A program made the position numbers and the translations under genes. DNA of 64,000 bases, from positions 19,316 through 83,315 of the forward strand of contig JAZKFH010000022.1 of assembly GCA_040386535.1 (NCBI GenBank). The letters are read 5' to 3'. Under the pieces are notes generated by a model. That model was not told the origin of the DNA. It saw only the letters and a list, made by a program, of their open reading frames with translations, and searched no databases. This document shows positions 57,958 through 64,000 of this stretch, piece by piece. The DNA comes from Myxococcota bacterium (lineage in GTDB: Bacteria; Myxococcota_A; UBA796; SXON01). Position 1 is the stretch's first letter. Each line of letters starts with the position of its first letter.

Positions 57958-59228
57958 CGCCTCCCCTCCACGCGCCAATCTTCGACGGTGAGCCCGTCCT
58001 TCACGTGTACCCAATCGCGTTCGAGCGGCGTCTGCACCAGCGCCTTGGTGGCAAGGATCTCGGCCACCCGTCCCGCGTCCCGGAAGCGCGCCTCCACAGG
58101 GACCTCGGGCAGCACCTCGCGGAGCACTCCGGCGAGCGTGGTGGCGCCCGCGTCGACGGCCCGGAGCACCAGGGCTTCGAGCGGCACCGCCGCCGTCGCC
58201 GGCACGCGCTCGACCTCCTCCTCCGCGCGATGCGTCCGCTCGACGAGGGGCCGGTCCACGACCTGCTCGACCGGGCGGAGCACCCGAATGCGCAGGCGTG
58301 GCGCCACGTCGAGCGTCCAGGGGCGATCCGGCCAGCCCTGGAGCGAATCGCGCAGGCGCTGGGTGAGCGCTCGATCCGGGTCGAGCCGCACCAACGAGCG
58401 GAGCGTCTGGAGCATCGCCTGGTAGTAGGCCGACCACTCGTCGTGCCGCTTCACTGCCCAACCCGAGAGCCGCAAGAGGTCGGCGACCAGCTCTCCCACG
58501 GCCCGCTCCGCTCGCCCCGCACCCGCGGACTGGGCCAGCCCCTCGATGTCGTCGAGGATGGCTTCGAGCCCCTTCTGCTCCTCCAGGATCACGTCGCGGA
58601 GCTCCTCCAGCCGCGCGGTCGTCGCCTGCAGGAGGACCTGCGTCTGCTCCATGGCCTCGAGCCACCGCTCGGTGAGCAGGCGCGCGATGTCAGCACGCAC
58701 GGCCTCCTGGTCCTCGTCGAGCCCCCGCGTTCTCCGCTCGATCCCCTCCAACAGCGAGCGCGACGCCACCGTGATCGGCACCACCACCTTCTCGTCCCAC
58801 TGCTCCGGCGTCGTGGCCGCGCGGGCGTCGTCACGAACCCGAGTCAGCTGGGCCGCGAGCGTGGCGGTGAGCACCTTCAGGCTCTCCTTCGTGAGCTTCG
58901 CGTCCTCCACGAAGAAGTCCACGATGGCGCGTCCGAGCCCCGAGAGGCTGTACTCGCCTTCGCGGGCGAGGCCACCGAGGCTCACCAGCGTGACGAGGCG
59001 CTGCTCCCGCAACCGCTGGAGCCCGTGGGTCGCGCGCTTTCGCGGGTTGTCGGCCTCGGGAAACTGGTCGTGCACGCTCGTGAGCAGGTCGAGCACGTCC
59101 CGCTCAAGGAGCGCTGCCGCGTCGGCCTCGCGGACGCGGAGGACGAGCAGGCAGCAGAGGTCGGCCGTCGAGAGCGCGATCGACACGTTCTGCGTGCGGA
59201 GGCGTGCAAAGTCGCGGTCGATGTCCAT
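57954..59228 (-). CDS. mukF: MukF-like kleisin, 424 aa
   Basis: RATHGLQRLREQRLV...YSLSGLG, a helical bundle, and RLDPDRALTQRLR resemble MukF; first gene of the F-E-B-D order. Confidence 0.85.
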   Translation of the reverse strand: MDIDRDFARLRTQNVSIALSTADLCCLLVLRVREADAAALLERDVLDLLTSVHDQFPEADNPRKRATHGLQRLREQRLVTLVSLGGLAREGEYSLSGLGRAIVDFFVEDAKLTKESLKVLTATLAAQLTRVRDDARAATTPEQWDEKVVVPITVASRSLLEGIERRTRGLDEDQEAVRADIARLLTERWLEAMEQTQVLLQATTARLEELRDVILEEQKGLEAILDDIEGLAQSAGAGRAERAVGELVADLLRLSGWAVKRHDEWSAYYQAMLQTLRSLVRLDPDRALTQRLRDSLQGWPDRPWTLDVAPRLRIRVLRPVEQVVDRPLVERTHRAEEEVERVPATAAVPLEALVLRAVDAGATTLAGVLREVLPEVPVEARFRDAGRVAEILATKALVQTPLERDWVHVKDGLTVEDWRVEGRR

Positions 59229-59316
59229 GGGCGGGGAGACGTACCACGTTCGGGGCGCGAGGCGCGCGCGCTTGCGTCGGCTGACGGGAAGCTGATCGGC
59301 TTGCCTGGGCGCAGAG

Positions 59317-60384
59317 ATGGCTCGTGCAGCAGCGCGTGCTATGTCGCTGACCATGACGAAAGAGCCAGCCGAGGACGACCGCAACGCACGGGCCATCGCG
59401 AGACTACTCGCGGACATGCCGGGCATGCATCCCGCCGAGCACTTCGTGGCGGAGGCCTCGAAGGTGGCTGAGGCAATCTGCAAGACCGTTCTGAGGCGTG
59501 AAGGAGTGACATACGACGATCAATGTGGGTTGCACGCACTCGCGAACCGGCTCAACAGCGTCCCTCCCGCAACCGTCTGCATCGAACGCCATCTGAAGAC
59601 CATCGCTGCATGGCGGAACATTGCGGCTCACGACAAGGGCGAGGTCCACCAGCGTCACCCCGTCGTCGACGATTGGTCGGCGGGCATCGTTGCTCTTTCG
59701 TTGTCCGCGCTCGAACATTGGTATTTCGGTGACTATCTCCAGCGCCCAGCCCACAGGAGGCTCCCACAGTGGCTCTCGGATGCATTCGCGAGCACGCTTC
59801 GCCCGACTGTCGGCGAGGGCGCGGTCGATTCGAAGCCGTTTGAAAGCGGGTTTCACAACAGCCGGCCGATCCTGGGGCGGCCCGTCGACCGCGTTAAGAA
59901 CCGGACTGCGTATAAATTGCTGTTCCAAACACAAGATTTCAGTGGAGAGGAGCATGCAGTCTGCCGGCCTCTGTTGGCATGGCAGGAGGGGTTGCCCAAG
60001 GCCGTGTCGGTGCACGGCAAGCTCGCGGAGAAATACAGGCAAGACAAAATGATCGCAACGCTCGGCTGCCCGCTCCGTGAGCAGGTACACGTCCGATCGC
60101 TCTCCGGCTTCCGCGCCCTCCTCCAGCGTTTCACCGTCGGCCCTGAGTCGCATCACCGCCGGGGCCTGTACCACCACCTCGAGGGCCCCCATGTCGGTCG
60201 AACGTACTTCACGACGGGTGGCATCGGTGTGGCATACAAGGAACTCGGTGCGGAGAGATCCCAGCTCGGGCTGCCGGTGGCAGATGAACGAGAAACGAAA
60301 ACCGGGGCCGTGAGCCATTTCGAGTTCGGAGAGATCCTCTGGGACAAGGAGACAGGCGCGAAGACGGTGGTGCAATACCGTTGA
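59317..60384 (+). CDS. HEPN/DUF4145-like N-terminal domain fused to LGFP-like repeats (start uncertain: 59317, 59341 or 59353)
   Basis: KVAEAICK...WRNIAAHD, then LGCPL and GGIGVAYKELGAERSQLGLPVADE...SHFEFGEILW. Confidence 0.6.
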   Translation: MARAAARAMSLTMTKEPAEDDRNARAIARLLADMPGMHPAEHFVAEASKVAEAICKTVLRREGVTYDDQCGLHALANRLNSVPPATVCIERHLKTIAAWRNIAAHDKGEVHQRHPVVDDWSAGIVALSLSALEHWYFGDYLQRPAHRRLPQWLSDAFASTLRPTVGEGAVDSKPFESGFHNSRPILGRPVDRVKNRTAYKLLFQTQDFSGEEHAVCRPLLAWQEGLPKAVSVHGKLAEKYRQDKMIATLGCPLREQVHVRSLSGFRALLQRFTVGPESHHRRGLYHHLEGPHVGRTYFTTGGIGVAYKELGAERSQLGLPVADERETKTGAVSHFEFGEILWDKETGAKTVVQYR

Positions 60385-60433
60385 ACCGCCCGCGAGCACT
60401 CCTGGGCGAGCGTCCGGCGCCCTTGGCACTCTT

Positions 60434-61402
60434 CTACCACCGCGCGGAACCGCCCCCGAAGGATACGTGCCACCGCCACCCGTCTCCTGGGGTCTGCGTC
60501 GCGATCACGACGCCCTCCGCACCCCAATAGGTCAGCAAGTGGGTACCGTCCCGAGACACGCACCCGTCCACGTCGGAGAGCGCAGGAGGCAAGGCATGGA
60601 GGCGCTCGTGCCGCCAGTTCCCCGTGTTTGCCCGCGCCCAACGGTGGTGAACGACTCCATCGGACCCTCGGTAGAGTACGTGCTCGTTCTCCGAGGCGTG
60701 CCCGACATACGCCGTGGGGGACCCCTCCCCCCGTTCATCCTCGGCCGAGGTGAGCGCATGGCAGTTCCACTCGCCATCGGGCCGGAGCCACAGTTCGTGG
60801 ACGTGGCCGTCCGGGCCGCGGAACACGATGTGATCCGTACGCTCCTCCGGGTGTGGCCATGCGTACACCGCGAGCCGACCCACCGCACGCGCCGACGGTT
60901 CAGGCGAGGTCGGCGCCCCTCCGGGGCAGGCGATGTGGCGGATCGCCCCGCTCGACTGAACCCACGCAACGTGTCTCAGGCCCGGCCACGCCCACACTGC
61001 CAAGCCGTCACCGGGCTCGGTGGGAACGCGCGCGACGTCACGCCAGAAGTCCGAGCCCGCGAAGTTGCCGAGGACCTGGGCGCCTCCGCCGCGGCGGCTG
61101 AACACCAACGTCTCCTGGTCTCCTCCATCGCCGGCGCACCCCGACGGGTCGCCCACGGCGCCGTCGGCGATCGCCCCCGCCCGAATCCATCCCAGGTCGG
61201 GGGCGTGGCTGGCCTTGTAGACCAGGCCATCGGCGCGCCTCCACGCGACGCGCACCCCGCCGGCGAACGTCCAGACCGCGGGCTCACCCACCGCGCCCTC
61301 GCCCAGCACGTGCGTGGTGCCGTCGGTCTGGACGAGAACGCGTCCGTCTGCATCGCGCAACACGACGTGAACGCACGCATCCGCCAACACACGAGGCGTC
61401 AC
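60434..61402 (-). CDS. Beta-propeller repeat protein (fucose-lectin-like repeats), 322 aa
   Basis: Repeats HVVLRDADGRV, RVAWRRADGLV, HVAWVQSSGAIRH, HIVFRGPDGHVHELW and HVLYRGSDGVVHHRW. Confidence 0.6.
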   Translation of the reverse strand: MTPRVLADACVHVVLRDADGRVLVQTDGTTHVLGEGAVGEPAVWTFAGGVRVAWRRADGLVYKASHAPDLGWIRAGAIADGAVGDPSGCAGDGGDQETLVFSRRGGGAQVLGNFAGSDFWRDVARVPTEPGDGLAVWAWPGLRHVAWVQSSGAIRHIACPGGAPTSPEPSARAVGRLAVYAWPHPEERTDHIVFRGPDGHVHELWLRPDGEWNCHALTSAEDERGEGSPTAYVGHASENEHVLYRGSDGVVHHRWARANTGNWRHERLHALPPALSDVDGCVSRDGTHLLTYWGAEGVVIATQTPGDGWRWHVSFGGGSARW

Positions 61403-62871
61403 TTCGCCTCCGCGGGGGATGGCTGGCCCTTCAGGTGGGCGAGCATCCCGCGAATCGCCTGCTCATCCAACGGGCGCTGCAGATTGAGTCCGGCCAGCGC
61501 GCGCGCCAGCGCCTCTCTGTCGCGGAGCTCGAGCTCGAGTGCGCCCCGCAAAATCGCCATGGTCGCCTCGGCCCGGGGGACGTAGTCGCGATCGCCTACC
61601 TGCGGGCGGGTTCCGCGCGCAGACGCGATCTCGCGCGCCAACTGCACGGCACCGGCACGGAGGCCATCCGCGACGATTCCCACCACGTTCCCAGCCACCC
61701 GGGCCTGCTCCTCGGGCCGGATGGACGCGCGCTCCGCGCGCATTGCGAGCGTCTGTTCGAGCGCACGCTGGAAGTCGAGGCGCAGGATGGCGTCCATCGG
61801 CCCCCGGAGCGCGGCGCGTCCGAACGCGCTGCGAAGGACTTCGTCGATCGCGCGCGCACCGAACGGACACCGGGCGTCGCCGCGCACGCGCTCGTGTTCC
61901 TCGACGAGCTGGTCCAGGCGGTTGATCCACGCCGCGTCCGGCTCGGGTTCGACACGCGTGCCGCGCAGGGCGGCGGCCCAGAGCGCCCGGCGCATCAGCG
62001 CGTCTGGCGCCGGGAGCGCCACCGTCGCGGGGAACCGGCTCCGGACCGCGTGGTCGATCGCGTCGGGGAAGTTGGTCGCGAGCACCACGATCCCCTCGTG
62101 CGCGTCCAGCTCCTGGAGGAGGTGGTTGCGGAAGTCGTTCTGCGTCTGGCCCTGCGCTGTGCCGTCCTGTACACGGTGGGAGAAGAGGCTGTCCGCCTCA
62201 TCAATGAACAGGATGGCGCCGCGACGCCGGGCCTCGCTGAAGGCGGCGGTCAGGCGCTTCTCCGTCGCGCCGAGATGGCGATCGAGCGCGTCCCCCGCGC
62301 GGAGGCGCAACGTAGGACGGCCGAGCCGTCGACCGAGGCCGGCACCGAGCGTCGTCTTCCCCGTGCCCGGCGGCCCGACGAGCAGGAGTCGGCCGCGTCG
62401 TGCGCGCCCACCGAGGCGTGAACCCAGGATGCGCTCGGCAAGCTCGGGATCGCGGAGCTGCGCGAGCAGGATCTCCACCGTCTCGCGTACCTGATCCGGC
62501 AGGACGAGCTCCTCGAGCGCGCGGTCCGGCGCGATCTCCTCGAGCTGGTCCTCCGCGGGATTGGCTACCGGGGAGGAACCCAGTGTGTCGGGAGCGACCC
62601 GCACGTCGACGGAGCCGACGTGCTCGAGCGCATCGAGGAGCCCCGGAAACGTCGCCTCCGCGCGCGACGCAACGAGCGCGTCCTGCACGGCGTGGGCCAG
62701 GCGAATGGCGACGCGTTCGTCCGCGCCGCAAGCGGGGCACCGGAGCGAAGGAGCGCCGTGCACAGTTACGACGACCGACGCCCCATGTTCGATGTGCGTC
62801 CCCGCCTGCTTCGTGAGCTCGAAGGGCGTACCGCAGCGACAGGTGTCCCTACGCTTGGATCCGAACAACAT
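61399..62871 (-). CDS. AAA+ ATPase with N-terminal MqsA/YgiT-type Zn finger, 490 aa
   Basis: CRCG...VTVHGAPSLRCPACG, then GPPGTGKT, FIDEADSLF, LATNF and IDHAVRSRF. Confidence 0.88.
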   Translation of the reverse strand: MLFGSKRRDTCRCGTPFELTKQAGTHIEHGASVVVTVHGAPSLRCPACGADERVAIRLAHAVQDALVASRAEATFPGLLDALEHVGSVDVRVAPDTLGSSPVANPAEDQLEEIAPDRALEELVLPDQVRETVEILLAQLRDPELAERILGSRLGGRARRGRLLLVGPPGTGKTTLGAGLGRRLGRPTLRLRAGDALDRHLGATEKRLTAAFSEARRRGAILFIDEADSLFSHRVQDGTAQGQTQNDFRNHLLQELDAHEGIVVLATNFPDAIDHAVRSRFPATVALPAPDALMRRALWAAALRGTRVEPEPDAAWINRLDQLVEEHERVRGDARCPFGARAIDEVLRSAFGRAALRGPMDAILRLDFQRALEQTLAMRAERASIRPEEQARVAGNVVGIVADGLRAGAVQLAREIASARGTRPQVGDRDYVPRAEATMAILRGALELELRDREALARALAGLNLQRPLDEQAIRGMLAHLKGQPSPAEAK

Positions 62872-63249
62872 CTAAGCCTCCAGCCCGACGGTCAGGTTGT
62901 TGCGCGGCGCGCGCTGGGCGGTGGACTCGCCCAGGTGCGCGGCGAGCTGCTCGATCAGGGCGTTCAGCACCGCTGCCTGCACGCCGAGACGGTCGGTCAC
63001 CCACCGGCGGAGCTGGTCCTCGGCGCGGTCGAGGAGGGCGCGGATGACCGGCCCCAGGAGGTCTTCAGCCGCGGCCACGGTTGCCTCGACCCCCGCCTCG
63101 AAAGCGTCACAGGTGTGCTGCATGGCGTCCCCGATCCCGAGCTTGCGACCAACCCACTCAACACCAGCGCGGACCGCGCCCCAAAGCTTCCGGGCGACCG
63201 ACTTGGCGGCGCCCCGCGCCTTCGAAACCAGCTTGCTGAACAGACCCAT
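62872..63249 (-). CDS. Small helical protein with cationic amphipathic N-terminus, 125 aa
   Basis: GGAGG RBS, then MGLFSKLVSKARGAAKSVARKLWGAVRAGVEWVGRKLG. Its stop abuts the AAA+ start codon. Confidence 0.65.
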   Translation of the reverse strand: MGLFSKLVSKARGAAKSVARKLWGAVRAGVEWVGRKLGIGDAMQHTCDAFEAGVEATVAAAEDLLGPVIRALLDRAEDQLRRWVTDRLGVQAAVLNALIEQLAAHLGESTAQRAPRNNLTVGLEA

Positions 63250-63931
63250 TGGAACCTCCAACCTCGAGACGCCTCGAGCGGGGCAGAACGGACAGCCTCG
63301 AGCAAACTGTCTCGAAGTGTGGCGACACGTCGAGGATTCGGGGCATTGTCCTGCAGGGATGGCACAACACTCGCGTCGGCCCGATCTCGTAGTCCATCGC
63401 CCGGTGGGTGTGTCCGTGCACGACCAGGCGGAACCGTCCGAGGTGGGCCTCCAGGTCGTGCACGAAGTACGCGTTCAAGGGCGCGTCGCGGAGGCGATGG
63501 GACGCGCTGCGCCAGGTGGGGAGGTGATGGGTCACCAGGATGTCGGCGTCCGCGTTCGCGACGAACGCGGCGGCGCGCGCTGCCTCCTCGTGAACCCACG
63601 GCACGAGGTCCCGGACGAACAGCGCGTCGGGCGTGACCGCATCGAGCAGGCGTCCCGCCCAGGCGCGTCCCGGATACCACAACGTAGCGCCGGCGAAGCG
63701 CAGGCCGGCCACGTCCACCACCGAGGAGTCGAGCCAGCGGAGGTTGGCCAGGCGGGCCGCCGCACACGAAAGCCGCTCGCTCGTCTCCTCGGGGCACGCC
63801 CCGTAGTACTCGTGGTTGCCCGCGACGTAGACGACCACCGGAGCCCTGTCGCACAGGCGGGCGAGCGCCTCCTCGACGTGGCGCGCGTCGCCGAGGTCGC
63901 CCGCGACGATGAGGACGTCCGCGTCGACCAT
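63158..63931 (-). pseudogene. Calcineurin-like metallophosphoesterase, apparently 5'-truncated
   Basis: AGDL, GNHE, THH and HGHTH are present, but the first DxH motif is missing and an in-frame stop lies just upstream. The C-terminus runs on into the next gene. Confidence 0.6.
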
Positions 63932-64000
63932 ACGCGGGAGTTAGCTGTCCCGTCCCATCAATTCCACCCACTCCAATCCCAGTCCTGCCCACCGGTAGAA

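Noticed and set aside
57313..58665. 450-aa ORF as listed in the track
   Set aside because: Only the last 214 codons (from the ATG at 57957) are MukE-like. The rest overlaps mukF in another frame.
1..64000. CRISPR array or cas core genes
   Set aside because: I saw no regularly spaced direct repeats in any intergenic gap and no Cas1, Cas10 or RAMP motifs. Only ancillary CARF and ring nuclease genes are present.

Overview
A high-GC (roughly 70% by eye) bacterial window that is almost entirely one defence or conflict island, with about 40 genes in tightly coupled operons. I found no rRNA, tRNA, CRISPR array, integrase or transposase. From left to right: (1) the 3' part of a CARF/PD-(D/E)xK (Card1/Can2-like) nuclease, coupled to a DUF1874 (Crn2/AcrIII-1) ring nuclease; (2) a convergent 4-gene operon encoding a DUF3800-like RNase-H-fold protein, an ECF-like sigma factor, a candidate anti-sigma and an ATPase-less Lon protease with a TPR-like tail; (3) a dynamin-like GTPase cluster, with one member carrying an RNA-polymerase-beta'-like barrel-sandwich insert; (4) peptide deformylase, a TerY-P triad (vWA, PP2C, kinase) and a CoCoNuT-like module (UPF1-like helicase, wHTH-HEPN, coiled-coil McrB, DUF2357 McrC-like); (5) a UvrD helicase-nuclease and an HsdR_N-like protein; (6) a ~21 kb coupled unit: type III R-M Mod/Res, GrpE-like and Hsp70-like proteins, a 'DPLG' protein, a PLD nuclease, a SNF2-like helicase with a YbjN-like tail, a free YbjN-like protein and a HEPN-STAND-TPR protein; (7) a MukFEB+JetD Wadjet; (8) a HEPN-LGFP fusion and a small AAA+ operon. 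My best candidate for an undescribed system is the Lon-TPR/anti-sigma/sigma/DUF3800 operon next to cyclic-oligoadenylate genes. Next come the chaperone-containing R-M-coupled super-operon and the dynamin with the RNAP-like insert. All family calls come from motifs recognised by eye; no database searches were run.
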